Virus record (IMG/VR): IMGVR_UViG_3300047545_000306
Location: 1 to 64,000 of that record
From: a virus
Lineage: Duplodnaviria > Caudoviricetes
Reading direction: 5' to 3' (one strand)
Length of the DNA: 64,000 bases
Shown here: positions 47,868 to 58,595 of the stretch, piece after piece
How positions within the stretch are numbered: position 1 is the first letter of the stretch
Layout: each line of letters starts with the position of its first letter
Made by a program: the position numbers and the translations under genes
The notes under the pieces: model-generated
What the model was told of the DNA's origin: nothing
The model's database searches: none
Seen by the model: the letters and a program-made list of their open reading frames with translations, nothing else

Positions 47868-48202
47868 TAGAATTTTACTCCGTGCTTCTCTGGTCGTGAC
47901 TTGTTAAATGCAGTCTTGTTTTCGAATGCCTCATCTAGCGATACGTGAGTGTACTCATGCTCTACCAGACCAGCATATAGGTCAAAGGTGCGGATCAGAA
48001 TGTCTGCCATTTCATCGGCAATCTCTCCTGGACCTCGTGACTTGCGGATTGCCTCCATAACCTCTACAGCTTCTGATACAATCATCATTAACTGCTTAGT
48101 CATAAATATATCCTTTTGTTCCTGCGATGCTCCCTCTAGAACATCCCAGAAACCCTTTTCTACTGCAATCTCGTGCAAGTGATCTGATATCTCATCAAAC
48201 AT
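47867..48202 (-). CDS. MazG-like nucleotide pyrophosphohydrolase
   Basis: SEAVEVMEAIRK..EMADILIR..NKSRP.KHG. Confidence 0.85.
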   Translation of the reverse strand: MFDEISDHLHEIAVEKGFWDVLEGASQEQKDIFMTKQLMMIVSEAVEVMEAIRKSRGPGEIADEMADILIRTFDLYAGLVEHEYTHVSLDEAFENKTAFNKSRPEKHGVKF

Positions 48203-51200
48203 TTTCTACATCCTCCATAATCATTGTTCCATCTTTTGTTTTGCCCAAAGTAAACTTATAGGCAGTGCCCTCGTCAATCTTCATGTATGCCCTTGAGAAG
48301 GCAGTTGGGAATACTGTAACTGAGTGCAAAGTTCTTGATGCATCTGCTAGGACTAGAGATGCCATCTTCTTGCCAGCCTTTGTAATGCGTGGCTTAAATG
48401 ATACCACGAATAGCTCATCATCCTTAAAAGGTAGCTGCCTGTAGTTTAGAATCTTGATTAGACCAGAGGCATTACCCTGAATCTCATCTGCAGGAATTGC
48501 AGTAACAATTCTGTTATCGCTTGCCAAGATGATATAGGTCTTACCAGACTCAATGGCTGTCTGCTCTTCGTCAAAGATGCCAACGCTACCAGTCTTGTCA
48601 AGTATTTCTACACGACTCCAGCCCTTGCCACGCTTGATTGTCTTTACCATACCCATCAATACGAATGACCCCTTTTCCTCAAATTCATCTACCTCATTTA
48701 TAAATGCGTAGTAGTGCTGCGGAATAGAGACATTAAACTCTGGCAGGTTAAGATACTCATACAGGTTCTCTTTTACCTCTTCGTCGTTACGAGGATTATC
48801 ATCGAACGTAGCTGCCCCGATGAGTCTGAGAGCCTGTAGAGCTCTTGAGTTTACTCCGCTGCCCTTGGCAAAGGTAAATTCCTCAAGCTCCTTGTAATTC
48901 TTGAATGGTCGTGACTCCATGTACTTGTTGGCAATGTTATCGCTAATGTACTTGATTGAAGACAGTCCAAATCTGATTCCCTTACCTTCAATCTTGAAGT
49001 CAGTGTCTGACTCGTTGATGTGTGGCAGACGAACTGGAATACCCATACGCTTTGCCTCAATCAGGTACTCTGTACGTGCATCCTTGTCTCCCTCGTTCTT
49101 TAGTAGGGAGTACATGAAGTCTAGTGGGTAGTAGTACTTCAACCATGCAGTCCAGTATGAAAGCGTTGAGTAAGCCACGGCGTGAGACTTGTTGAAGGAG
49201 TATCCTGCGTGAGCCTCAAAGTCGTGCCACAGCTCTTCTGCGACTGGCTGAGCCACAAATCTGACTGCTCCTGACACAAACTTGTCTCTAAACTGGTCGA
49301 ACTCCTTGGCATCTTTCTTCTTACCAATGATCTTACGAACCTTATCAGCCTCTGCCATGGTCATTCCACCAAGTTCAGTACAAGCCTGCATAACCTGTTC
49401 CTGGTATAGAATACATCCGTAGGTCTCGGCAGTGAACGCCTTCATCACCTGGTGGTGGTAGGAGATGTTCTGCTTGCCGTGCTTACGAGCAATGTAGTCC
49501 TTACCAATGGTATTCATGGCACCTGGGCGAACCAAAGCGTTCGATGCAGCAAGTTCAGCAAAGCTGTTTACACGCATCTTGATCAGCAGATTGGTATATG
49601 GAGTAGCTTCACACTGGAACACGCCCTTGGTGTAGCCATCTGACAACATGTTGTAGACATTCTTGTCTTCCATATTAATCGTGTGCAGGTCGATCTTGTC
49701 TCCGACACGCTTCTCAATATTCTTCAAAGTGTCCTGAAGCACTGACAGAGTCTTTAGACCAAGTGCGTCAATCTTAATAAGACCAATACGCTCTGCTTCT
49801 GCCATGTCTACTGCCACTACTGGAATGCGTTCCTTGGTTCCTGGTGCCGTGCGAGTTTCTAGTGGAGCAAACTTAAAGATGGGCTCCTTAGAAGTTACAA
49901 CACCTGCAGCGTGAATACCAGTACCACGAATGCGTCCACGAAGCTTTTCTCCATAGACCTCAATCTCTGGATACTTCTCACGGAACTCTTGAGTCTGCTT
50001 TGAGTTGCAATAGTCATCCCAGTCATCAACTAGCTTAAGTACCTTGTTAACATCTGGTAGTGGAATGTTTAGAACACGAGCAATGTCTCGTACCATGCCC
50101 TTGCCCTTGAACTCAAGAAATGTTGCGATAGACGCAACGTGGCGATACTGGCGTACCAAATAGTCTTTAACCTCTTCACGGCGTGAGTCCTGGATGTCTG
50201 TATCGATATCTGGGAAGTCTGCACGTTCTGGATTAATGAAGCGGAAGAACAGCAGTCCGTGCTGGATTGGATCGATGTCTGTAATCTCTAGTGCGTAGCA
50301 GAGTAGCGAACCAGCAGCAGAACCACGACCTGGACCAACCATGATATCTTCCTTCTTAGCCCACGCAATCATTGAGCGTACGACTAGGAAGTATGGTCCG
50401 AAGTTCTTGTCCTTGATTACCTTTAGCTCTTCGTCTAGACGATCTAGGTATTCCTGATTGTCTGCTAGCCCCTTAGCCTTTAGACCAGCAATAGCAAGCT
50501 CATAGAGCTCTCCGTCTGGGTCTTGGTACTGTACAGGTAGCAGGTCCTGGTGGTCCTGAATGTCGTAGTCCTCAATCTTGTTTACAATATCCAGGGTAGC
50601 CTGATACATGTCTTCACGATCAATGCCCTGAGCCTTCATGGCATTGTGCATCTCTTCGTCAGATAGTAGGTGGATGTCGAACTTGTTGAATGACATCTGT
50701 CGGTCTGCACCATATAGGTAGTCTAGACGCTCCATTAGGGTGTCGTACTTGGTAGACTCCTGGTAACTAACATCCTTCTCAGTCTTGTTAGAGTATGAGT
50801 TAAGGATTAGCTTTAGCTCCTGGATCTCTTTCTGAGAGGTGTCTGCGTGGTGACAGTCTGGAGTTACTACTGGAGTTACCCCAAATTCATCTGCAAGGTC
50901 AAGTAACAGCTTGTTTACTTCTGCAGGGTTGTGTGGCATTACTTCAATGTAGTAGTCGTCTCCAAAGGTCTTCTTTGCCCACTGGATGTGCTCTTTTGCT
51001 ACAGCAAGGTTCTCTGCTTCAATTGCCTTGGCAAGAAAGCCAGATAGGCAGCCAGAGGTAATGATTAGTCCCTCTTTATACTGCTCTAGAATCTGCCAGT
51101 CCATGCGAGGCTTCTTGTAAAAACCCTCAGTCCAAGCAAGTTCGTTTAGCTTGTTAAGGTTCTCAAGACCCTTGGCATTCTTAGCAAGAATAATAAGGTG

Positions 51201-51473
51201 GTTATAGTTAAGGTCAAGGAGGTCGTTCTTTTCCTTCTTGTCTTCATGGTTGAAGCGGTCCTTAGTGATGTACCCCTCAATACCCAGAATAGGCTTGATG
51301 CCAGCTTCCTTTGCTGTACGGTACATTTCACGGTGTCCCGATAGACTTCCGTGGTCTGTGATAGCGATTGCATTCATCCCAAGCTCTACAGCACGATCCA
51401 CATATTCCTGTGGTGTTGCAATGCCATCGAAGAGGCTGTAGTGGGTGTGTACGTGGAGACCTACGTAACTCAT
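48195..51473 (-). CDS. dnaE: DNA polymerase III alpha subunit
   Basis: PHP domain HVHTHYSLFDG..TDHG; GRGSAAGS; PDIDTD; HAAGV; YQEQ; FNKSH. Confidence 0.97.
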   Translation of the reverse strand: MSYVGLHVHTHYSLFDGIATPQEYVDRAVELGMNAIAITDHGSLSGHREMYRTAKEAGIKPILGIEGYITKDRFNHEDKKEKNDLLDLNYNHLIILAKNAKGLENLNKLNELAWTEGFYKKPRMDWQILEQYKEGLIITSGCLSGFLAKAIEAENLAVAKEHIQWAKKTFGDDYYIEVMPHNPAEVNKLLLDLADEFGVTPVVTPDCHHADTSQKEIQELKLILNSYSNKTEKDVSYQESTKYDTLMERLDYLYGADRQMSFNKFDIHLLSDEEMHNAMKAQGIDREDMYQATLDIVNKIEDYDIQDHQDLLPVQYQDPDGELYELAIAGLKAKGLADNQEYLDRLDEELKVIKDKNFGPYFLVVRSMIAWAKKEDIMVGPGRGSAAGSLLCYALEITDIDPIQHGLLFFRFINPERADFPDIDTDIQDSRREEVKDYLVRQYRHVASIATFLEFKGKGMVRDIARVLNIPLPDVNKVLKLVDDWDDYCNSKQTQEFREKYPEIEVYGEKLRGRIRGTGIHAAGVVTSKEPIFKFAPLETRTAPGTKERIPVVAVDMAEAERIGLIKIDALGLKTLSVLQDTLKNIEKRVGDKIDLHTINMEDKNVYNMLSDGYTKGVFQCEATPYTNLLIKMRVNSFAELAASNALVRPGAMNTIGKDYIARKHGKQNISYHHQVMKAFTAETYGCILYQEQVMQACTELGGMTMAEADKVRKIIGKKKDAKEFDQFRDKFVSGAVRFVAQPVAEELWHDFEAHAGYSFNKSHAVAYSTLSYWTAWLKYYYPLDFMYSLLKNEGDKDARTEYLIEAKRMGIPVRLPHINESDTDFKIEGKGIRFGLSSIKYISDNIANKYMESRPFKNYKELEEFTFAKGSGVNSRALQALRLIGAATFDDNPRNDEEVKENLYEYLNLPEFNVSIPQHYYAFINEVDEFEEKGSFVLMGMVKTIKRGKGWSRVEILDKTGSVGIFDEEQTAIESGKTYIILASDNRIVTAIPADEIQGNASGLIKILNYRQLPFKDDELFVVSFKPRITKAGKKMASLVLADASRTLHSVTVFPTAFSRAYMKIDEGTAYKFTLGKTKDGTMIMEDVENV

Positions 51474-51544
51474 TAATATCCTTTATTAGTTTTATATGAT
51501 GTGTAAAAATTATGACATATTTTTTGCATGTTGTCAAGACATGT

Positions 51545-51584
51545 AAAGCAAATGGGGGCACCCTTTACAGATACCCCCACAAGC
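51545..51584 (-). terminator. intrinsic terminator after ssb, followed by the dnaE promoter
   Basis: TGGGGGTATC/GGTGCCCCCA stem plus TTTGCTTT; TTGACA-17-CATAAT at ~51511-51538. Confidence 0.65.
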
Positions 51585-51591
51585 TTAGTTA

Positions 51592-52245
51592 CTACCAGTC
51601 CATGTTACTTGAGGTAACCGATGGAGTGTCGAAGCCAAAGTAGAAGGCTTCCTGCTCTGCATAGGCAACTTCACGAACTACCTTCTCAAGGTTGAAAGGC
51701 TCTAGAGCTGACCAGTCGTATGGCTCCGAGTCTGGCTTGGTTGGTAGCAAGGTAAAGTTGGTCTCAATACCCTGACCATTACGCTTTAGCTTCCACTCAA
51801 GGTTTGAGATAGATCCAGTCTCTAGTGCATACTCACGAATAGTGTTGAATGCAGACTGCTTTGAGATGCCCTGTGACCACACAGCGACGTATGGATCCTC
51901 TAGACCATCCTCTACTAGAACGTTGCAGTAGAAGCGAAGCTTTGAACGCCATCCTGCCTTTGGCTCCTTACGAGCCATCTCACAACCGAAGCAGCGACCT
52001 TCGCTGTCTAGGGTACATGCAGCCATTCGCTTGTAGTCTTTTGGATTGGTGTGCTGTGCGATAACTACAGACAGACCTCGTGCCTCTGAATAGTTTGCAG
52101 AGTCCTGATCAAGCTCCTCAAGGAAGCGAATCTTTGCTGACTGACCGTCCGCTAGCTTTACCCAACGAACCTTGGTTCCTGTTGATTCATACTTTGGCTT
52201 ATCGAGAATTGCACCGATATCTTTTAGCCCTCTAATAATACTCAT
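51592..52245 (-). CDS. single-stranded DNA-binding protein (gp32-like)
   Basis: KIRFL..C..C..C..KLKRNG.G..T.F; acidic C-terminus; lies between dnaE and primase. Confidence 0.7.
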   Translation of the reverse strand: MSIIRGLKDIGAILDKPKYESTGTKVRWVKLADGQSAKIRFLEELDQDSANYSEARGLSVVIAQHTNPKDYKRMAACTLDSEGRCFGCEMARKEPKAGWRSKLRFYCNVLVEDGLEDPYVAVWSQGISKQSAFNTIREYALETGSISNLEWKLKRNGQGIETNFTLLPTKPDSEPYDWSALEPFNLEKVVREVAYAEQEAFYFGFDTPSVTSSNMDW

Positions 52246-52273
52246 TTGTTTTCTCCTATTTTTTATTGGTTTC

Positions 52274-53218
52274 TTAGTTTAGCATACTGGCAATTGATTT
52301 GTCAAATGATTCATCAAGGTTCTTGATATCTTCATCGGACATATCTCCAATATCCTTATATTGTTTATCTAGTTTTACTACGCTAACACGACTGCCAAGA
52401 CGTTCTACGATCTTGGTCTTCATGTTACCGCCTGCTTCATCATTGTCTGCAATAACAATAACGTTATTGAAGTATTTTTGTAGTAGGTCTGTTTGAAAGT
52501 TAGACACATTTGCACCTAACGTTGCTACCGCTGGGAATCCACACTGGTCTAAGCGAATAGCATCGAAAGATGATTCTACCACATAAACCTTGCTGGATGT
52601 TTTAACACGGTGTAAATTAAATAGGGTCTTGCTTTTAGGTAGACCAGGAGTGTTCTTAAACTCTTTGCCCTCAATGGATCTACCAACAAATCCGATTTCC
52701 ATGCCATCTGGTGAGTGAACTGGGATAGTTACCATGTCCTGCTTCTCAGAGAAGCCTAACTGGAACTTCTTTACAGATGCCTCTGTGATAAGTCTTCCAG
52801 AATAATATCGCAATGCACGTGGGGACTCCAATGCTTGCTGGTTTAAACGCTTAATAATTATCTGGTCATACTGGGTGTACTGTGGTTTTTCCTGTAGAGT
52901 TCTGCTAACAGTCTTCTCTATATCTGACTCTGTCTCTTTTGACTTGATGTATCTAGCCGATTCAAAGTAGGTTCTTCCAGATGTGTGCATGATTAGTTCT
53001 ATTAGACCACATACATGCTGGCAGGAAAAGCAGAAAAAGAATCCAGAAGTTTTATCAACTTCTCCAGCAGGTGAGCGTGAGTTGTTGTGGAATGGACAAA
53101 AGATGATATAGTCAGAGTCTACTTCTGACTGGATTTCGATTCCTGATCCAGTAATGACTCTTTGGATTTGTTCTTTTGTGTATAGATTGCCGTGCTTCCG
53201 TCTATTCCCTGTATACAT
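52274..53218 (-). CDS. dnaG: DNA primase (DnaG-type)
   Basis: CPFH..CFSC zinc finger; GR; VESSFD; DNDEAG; KD. Confidence 0.9.
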   Translation of the reverse strand: MYTGNRRKHGNLYTKEQIQRVITGSGIEIQSEVDSDYIIFCPFHNNSRSPAGEVDKTSGFFFCFSCQHVCGLIELIMHTSGRTYFESARYIKSKETESDIEKTVSRTLQEKPQYTQYDQIIIKRLNQQALESPRALRYYSGRLITEASVKKFQLGFSEKQDMVTIPVHSPDGMEIGFVGRSIEGKEFKNTPGLPKSKTLFNLHRVKTSSKVYVVESSFDAIRLDQCGFPAVATLGANVSNFQTDLLQKYFNNVIVIADNDEAGGNMKTKIVERLGSRVSVVKLDKQYKDIGDMSDEDIKNLDESFDKSIASMLN

Positions 53219-53463
53219 TCGCTCTGTCTCTTTCCTACATATATTCCATATACTGATAATTTAAATTTAAAGTTCTCTTTTTCTTCATTATAGCTTATTG
53301 TAAAGTCTGGGTCAATATCTATTTTTGGGACATACCCTGCTATTCTCATCTCTGATACCAATAGCCTGATGTACTCAATCTTTAGCCGTGGAGTCATTGC
53401 TTCATCGTGGATTGTCCCATCCAAGCTAAAACGCTTAATTGCCTTATGGTGATAATTATCCAT
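53119..53463 (-). CDS. hypothetical protein (leaderless)
   Basis: TATAAT-6-ATG; overlaps the primase 5' end. Confidence 0.6.
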   Translation of the reverse strand: MDNYHHKAIKRFSLDGTIHDEAMTPRLKIEYIRLLVSEMRIAGYVPKIDIDPDFTISYNEEKENFKFKLSVYGIYVGKRQSECIQGIDGSTAIYTQKNKSKESLLDQESKSSQK

Positions 53464-53475
53464 ACGACAATTATA

Positions 53476-54696
53476 CTACTTATCTTCGAAGTCCTTGTAC
53501 TTGTACCAGCCCTTATCAAAGTCTGCCTGAACAATAAATTCCCCCATAAAACCATTGCGGTTTTTACGGAATACGCATTCAATGATGTCCGAGTTGGTTG
53601 CACGACCAAGTGCTAGGACCCAGTCAGCATCGTATGCGATCTGGCGTGACCAAGCAGTCTGTCCTAGAGTAGGAACAGTATCAAGCTTGTTAACGTCGTC
53701 TGGCGTTGCTGATGAGATTGCAATGATAGGCATCTCTTCTCCAATAGCCATAAGTTTTAGCTCACGAGAAAGGTTCTTCATGCGAACTGTTTCGTTATCT
53801 GATTTTTGGTTAGGACTCATTAGCTGCAGATAGTCAACGATAATTAGGTCAGGCTTGTACTGATCAATCTTTCCTCTAATAACGCTTGGTGTTACTTCTC
53901 CACCGCCATCATTTGAGATGATGTGGAACTCTGGCTTACCAACAAGCTCCTTTGAGTGCCAACGTCGGAGATCGTCAATTTCTACTGCACCTGCAGAAAG
54001 CTTTCTGTGTGACCATAGACCCTCACCCATAATGGTAAATACACGGTTGCGAACTTCTGTCTCACTCATCTCAAGCGAAATAATGAGTGGTGACTTGCCA
54101 GACTTCCATGCCTGTACCGCAAAGTATAGTGCCATCCATGACTTACCAATACCTGGATAGGCTAGGAATACACCAAGCTGTCCTGGGGTGATTCCAGCAG
54201 GCAAGTAGTTGTCAAATCCTGCTAGACCAGTCTTAATACCCACGGATCCAAGTTCGTTCTGTCGCTTTACATTCTCATAGTAGGCGACTGCATCTTCAAT
54301 GTCAGTGGCATCGATATCACGAATGACTGAGGTGTTTTTCTTGAGTGCGGATGTCTTTGTAATGATATCTTCAAGAGCCTTGACTCCCTGACCTGCCTGG
54401 ACCTCTCCAGCAGTAGTTCTTAGAATATCCTTGAGGCTGTCGGTTAGGTACTCTGACTGTAGCTCTTCTAGGTGATACTTAGTTGCACCAATGCCATCCT
54501 GTGGCTGGAAGTCACGGAACTTATCAACAACCAAAGATACTGGTGGAACAGTTCCATTTATCTCGGAATAGTTACGAATAAAGTTCCAAATATCATTGTG
54601 AGTACGCAAGATATTGTCCACGTTTGCCTGTAGCAACACGTGTACCTGCTTGTCCTGCAATACCGCAGATATTAACTTGGCTTCTGTATTATTCAT
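53476..54696 (-). CDS. dnaB: DnaB-like replicative helicase
   Basis: AYPGIGKS, SLEMS, VDYLQLM, SRELKLMA, DAD, KNRNG. Confidence 0.93.
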   Translation of the reverse strand: MNNTEAKLISAVLQDKQVHVLLQANVDNILRTHNDIWNFIRNYSEINGTVPPVSLVVDKFRDFQPQDGIGATKYHLEELQSEYLTDSLKDILRTTAGEVQAGQGVKALEDIITKTSALKKNTSVIRDIDATDIEDAVAYYENVKRQNELGSVGIKTGLAGFDNYLPAGITPGQLGVFLAYPGIGKSWMALYFAVQAWKSGKSPLIISLEMSETEVRNRVFTIMGEGLWSHRKLSAGAVEIDDLRRWHSKELVGKPEFHIISNDGGGEVTPSVIRGKIDQYKPDLIIVDYLQLMSPNQKSDNETVRMKNLSRELKLMAIGEEMPIIAISSATPDDVNKLDTVPTLGQTAWSRQIAYDADWVLALGRATNSDIIECVFRKNRNGFMGEFIVQADFDKGWYKYKDFEDK

Positions 54697-55000
54697 TTAA
54701 CCACTGCTGAGCTAACTTGCGTCGCTCTGCTCTCTCCTCTAAGTCTCGTTTGTAATCTTCTCGTGCTTCGACAATCTTGTCTGCGTAGTTGGCGAAGTAT
54801 TTCCATGTTGGGCTTTGTGCTGTGCTGAAATAATATTCTAGCAGATCATAGCAAAAAGGTAAAGTATAAGATTCAATGAGTGCGTCTGCAGCCCACTGCT
54901 CTACGTTTAAGTTTAATAGTGGCTTTTGCTCATACCTAGCAGTGTGTAGCTTGCTGTAGCGAGAAAGCAAAGCCATTCGGTCTTTGCGTTCTACAGCCAT
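54689..55000 (-). CDS. hypothetical protein
   Basis: ORF upstream of the helicase. Confidence 0.65.
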   Translation of the reverse strand: MAVERKDRMALLSRYSKLHTARYEQKPLLNLNVEQWAADALIESYTLPFCYDLLEYYFSTAQSPTWKYFANYADKIVEAREDYKRDLEERAERRKLAQQWLNE

Positions 55001-55209
55001 TATTCTAGTTCAGACTTAGAGTCGTTAACCTTTTCGGTTAGCTTAGCTTCTACAAATCCATACACACGGTCAAAGGCTTCTCCTGTGGTTTCGCCCTCAC
55101 GCTTGTTGTCTGTTACGCTTAGATCAATCCTGAGTGACTGAAAGTTGCCTAGATTTAGCGTATACCCTAGACCAACTGATACCTTGGTTTCTTCGTTATT
55201 CATTCTCAT
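55000..55209 (-). CDS. hypothetical protein (TLNLGNFQSLRID motif)
   Basis: Recurrent phage motif. Confidence 0.7.
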   Translation of the reverse strand: MRMNNEETKVSVGLGYTLNLGNFQSLRIDLSVTDNKREGETTGEAFDRVYGFVEAKLTEKVNDSKSELE

Positions 55210-55221
55210 ACCCTTTCAAGG

Positions 55222-55764
55222 CTAAATAGATTCGGACCAGATTGGGATAAAACGTCCGTCTTCTGTTCTTGTATATGTAAGCATACCATCTCCCATACGT
55301 CTTGTCAACTCCTGTTTTGTTGGAGTCATATTGTTTGTGATAAGTCCGTCTTTGCGTGGTTGACCAATATGATAAGATGCAAGTATATCACGAATCTCTC
55401 TTACCTGGGACTCTGAATAGTAGCTTCTCACCTGCCAGCCAGTTTCTCCACCCTTTTGCGATCCAGTTGGATGTGGTATTACTCCACGCTTCATCAGGGA
55501 TGGCATGTATTTCTTGTGTCTGTTTACAAGTGTTGCTGTTTCTCCGACAGTGAAAGCACGTTCACGATTCTTTTTAAAGTCACTAATAAGACAGCTTTCG
55601 ATCTGGTCTTTAATTATGTTGTAGACAGACATGATTCCGTTTGACTTATTGAGATGGTGAATTCTAACAAGATCTCCATTAAGGAACCAGACTTTCTTGT
55701 TGCCTGGAATCACTTGTGCTTCGTTATATCCCTCTGCAGCTATGCTACCCTTTTTAATACCCAT
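55222..55764 (-). CDS. MerR-like HTH DNA-binding protein
   Basis: FTVGETATLVNRH..RGVIPHP..SYYSE. Confidence 0.6.
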   Translation of the reverse strand: MGIKKGSIAAEGYNEAQVIPGNKKVWFLNGDLVRIHHLNKSNGIMSVYNIIKDQIESCLISDFKKNRERAFTVGETATLVNRHKKYMPSLMKRGVIPHPTGSQKGGETGWQVRSYYSESQVREIRDILASYHIGQPRKDGLITNNMTPTKQELTRRMGDGMLTYTRTEDGRFIPIWSESI

Positions 55765-55772
55765 GGCACAAC

Positions 55773-56219
55773 CTAGTTTGGAATGCCAACAGCAATGATG
55801 TTTAGCCCTAGGGTCATCGTTCCTGTTGTGTTAAACGTCACGACAAAGCTAACCTGTGACGAATTTACCTCTTTGATTACTACAGAAACATTCTTACCTG
55901 CTGGCGTGTTTCCAATATTGACAGGACTTACAGTAACAATTGGAGCATACTTAAAGTCCTTAATTGGAAATGGGTAAACATACTCTAGAGATGTTGTTGC
56001 ATTCATGTTGGTGTTTGAGACTATCTCCAGATACCCTGCAATTATCTTAGACTCAGCAGCACGTACATTTTGGACACCATTGTTTTTTGTGTCTACTGTA
56101 ACCTGCTTATTCGTTGACGGAGATACTTGCTTTGCTAGATCATTGATAGCATTTGCAATTTCATACATGTAGGCAACGTCAATTGGCTGACCTCTGGTTG
56201 GTGGAGATATCTTTGGCAT
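55773..56219 (-). CDS. putative tail protein
   Basis: F.YAPIVTVS..LNIIAVG (H-type-lectin-like C-terminus). Confidence 0.55.
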   Translation of the reverse strand: MPKISPPTRGQPIDVAYMYEIANAINDLAKQVSPSTNKQVTVDTKNNGVQNVRAAESKIIAGYLEIVSNTNMNATTSLEYVYPFPIKDFKYAPIVTVSPVNIGNTPAGKNVSVVIKEVNSSQVSFVVTFNTTGTMTLGLNIIAVGIPN

Positions 56220-56244
56220 AGTAGTTCTATTATAGCAGAAGAAA

Positions 56245-56964
56245 CTATATTACTGTTGGTTCTACTGGACCATTTGGGTCTGGGAATATCTGAAGATGTG
56301 AACTAAGCTTTTTAGAGTTTAGCCTATTGGCAGTTGTTTCTGATCCATTTAGTGACTGCCCCTCTATCTGTACAATAGCCTTGAGGTAGGTTGCACCAAT
56401 TGGATTTAGGAAAGAGTAAAAATGTATCTTTGAAGTTCCGTGATAAAAGAAGTCTGGCTCTAGGTTTCCTACCGTTGCAGTCTCTGCAATGTCTGCGTGA
56501 GTCAGGGCGAAGCTGACTATCGTTATTGGATTATCGCTGTCGTCTACATCATTAGAGGTTGAGGTGACTATGTGAGTACCATTAAAAATAGAGTCCATTC
56601 CAGTTACATATATTTCATCGCCTACATAGGTACCTACTGTTCCAGTAACCTTAATAGTTGCAACGTTTGATGTGATTGACTTTCCAAAAATGTCGTATCC
56701 GAAGGTTGCAAAAATATCATACCCTGGACGATCTAGTTCGTCTCCCCAGGTAACTGTAGTGGTTACTTTATTGGTTGACACATTTATGGAGCCTCTGACA
56801 GTAGATATTGGGTCTGACTCAACAATGTGTATTTGTGACCATGCAGAGGTCCTGTTCTTGTCATCAGACACTATCCTGTAGCGAACATAGTAATCATTCA
56901 TCTTACCGACTGGAGGAAGACTTGCCTTTTTGACCATAACCTTCTTAATAATTCCAGATGCCAC
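56245..56964 (-). CDS. putative minor tail protein
   Basis: VRYRIVS.DKNRTS.WS; FNGTH.VT repeat-type insert. Confidence 0.55.
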   Translation of the reverse strand: MASGIIKKVMVKKASLPPVGKMNDYYVRYRIVSDDKNRTSAWSQIHIVESDPISTVRGSINVSTNKVTTTVTWGDELDRPGYDIFATFGYDIFGKSITSNVATIKVTGTVGTYVGDEIYVTGMDSIFNGTHIVTSTSNDVDDSDNPITIVSFALTHADIAETATVGNLEPDFFYHGTSKIHFYSFLNPIGATYLKAIVQIEGQSLNGSETTANRLNSKKLSSHLQIFPDPNGPVEPTVI

Positions 56965-58097
56965 TACTGTACATCCATTCCAAATCTAAATTCTGCCATG
57001 TTGGACGTGTTAAGCCCCTTGATTACTGGAAGTGCGTCGTCTGTCTTTATAACTGAGTAGCCAGTCATGCCGTACAGCGGATTGGTTGATGTGGTGTTTT
57101 CTAGTCTTAACGCATCTATGCCTATCAGATAGTCTGGGGATGGTACCCCACCGTTTATAACTGTGGCAAATATTTTTATGACTGCAACATCTTGCCAGTT
57201 AAAGGATGACGACTTTGCCAGCTCTTCAAGCTTGGCTTTTGCAACCACGTATCTATTAGCAGAAAGGTCCTGCCTTCCAATACCAAAGCCATTTGTTACC
57301 TCTATCTGGAACTTTGCCCTGTCACCAGTTGATGCCGAGTCAGATGTTGCAAACTCAACTATAATCCTAACTGCATCTGGTACGTCTGTGCTTGCGGCTG
57401 ACTTATTTATTACAGAGAATGCAAGCCTTAGTTCGTCAAGTGGGCTGTTCTTGCTTAAGTTAAAAGATCTTCCTGTTAGGTGAATGTGGTCTGAGTTATC
57501 TGTAGTGTCAAAGTCTTCATCAATTGACGACAGGTCTCCAGAAAGAAAAATTGTGTTGTTCAAAAATCTTGGTCGTTCATGTCTATTTACTCTAAGACTG
57601 TTTTGGAATGTTACGTTATCTGCATTGGCAGTAAAAACCTTTTGCACAACGTCACCGTTCTTGACAACAATAATATTGTTAGAGTCTTCGTGTAGTGGAC
57701 CTGACGCAGCATAGATTGATGTCGAAAGAGTGTCTGTGTGATACTCCCAGTTTTCTGTAGAAGAAAAAGATACTAGAGTTCTACTGTCTGTTGATGTTAG
57801 TGCTGGGTCAGCCTTGGCAGAGAATACTCCCACCTCTGTGACCTCGTAGCGTTCTTCTGTTGGCAGCTCTGCCGTAAACACAATCTTCTGTACGTCATCT
57901 TCAACTACATATCCACGAGATGTGATTGGCACCCTTAGCATTTCAAATGTAAGATTCTCCCTATTAGAGTAGTCTCCGTATTGTGAGGATGTTCCCAGTG
58001 GCTTTTCTCCACAACCAAATGCCATGTATGAGGCATATGCAGGTGCTTGACCAATTAAAAATTTGGCAATAATATTTTTTCCAGTATTAGTAATCAT
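56964..58097 (-). CDS. putative tail/baseplate protein
   Basis: MITNTGK..FTAELP..TEVGVFS (tail-collar-like N-terminus). Confidence 0.6.
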   Translation of the reverse strand: MITNTGKNIIAKFLIGQAPAYASYMAFGCGEKPLGTSSQYGDYSNRENLTFEMLRVPITSRGYVVEDDVQKIVFTAELPTEERYEVTEVGVFSAKADPALTSTDSRTLVSFSSTENWEYHTDTLSTSIYAASGPLHEDSNNIIVVKNGDVVQKVFTANADNVTFQNSLRVNRHERPRFLNNTIFLSGDLSSIDEDFDTTDNSDHIHLTGRSFNLSKNSPLDELRLAFSVINKSAASTDVPDAVRIIVEFATSDSASTGDRAKFQIEVTNGFGIGRQDLSANRYVVAKAKLEELAKSSSFNWQDVAVIKIFATVINGGVPSPDYLIGIDALRLENTTSTNPLYGMTGYSVIKTDDALPVIKGLNTSNMAEFRFGMDVQ

Positions 58098-58594
58098 GTA
58101 TATATTGTACCATTAAGTGTCGTTCCTGCTGACAGGATCTGAATCTCTACCTGCTGATCTGCTGGCAAACCAACTATGTTTACCACTAAGTCTCCAGTCC
58201 CCTCTTCCACATATACCGACTGGTTCTGCGGACCTGTTCCTGCACCTGGCTCTGGAAGATGATTCTCTAATCTAATTGGATAGTTCTCAAAGTATTCAGT
58301 AGAGGTGTTTTGTAGAGACAGGATGTTCTGTGGGTTGTACTGAGAAAAGACTGTTGATAAGTTTTTGATAGGGCTGTAGACGACATCCTGACCATTAACC
58401 AGATCGTGTCTGGCTATAGATATTAGCTCTTGTCCAGATATTCCTTCAAAGTCCATAGAAGGTAGTGCGGCTGTCTCAAGACTTGACATCCTATCCGCTT
58501 GTCTAGCTAAGATATCTGGTGATGCAATTTTTATATTACTATTGTTAACTGCAGACAAGTATTTGCCAGGAGACGCTGGAGTTGGAGTTACCAT
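58094..58594 (-). CDS. putative tail protein
   Basis: Position in the tail module. Confidence 0.55.
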   Translation of the reverse strand: MVTPTPASPGKYLSAVNNSNIKIASPDILARQADRMSSLETAALPSMDFEGISGQELISIARHDLVNGQDVVYSPIKNLSTVFSQYNPQNILSLQNTSTEYFENYPIRLENHLPEPGAGTGPQNQSVYVEEGTGDLVVNIVGLPADQQVEIQILSAGTTLNGTIYT

Positions 58595-58595
58595 A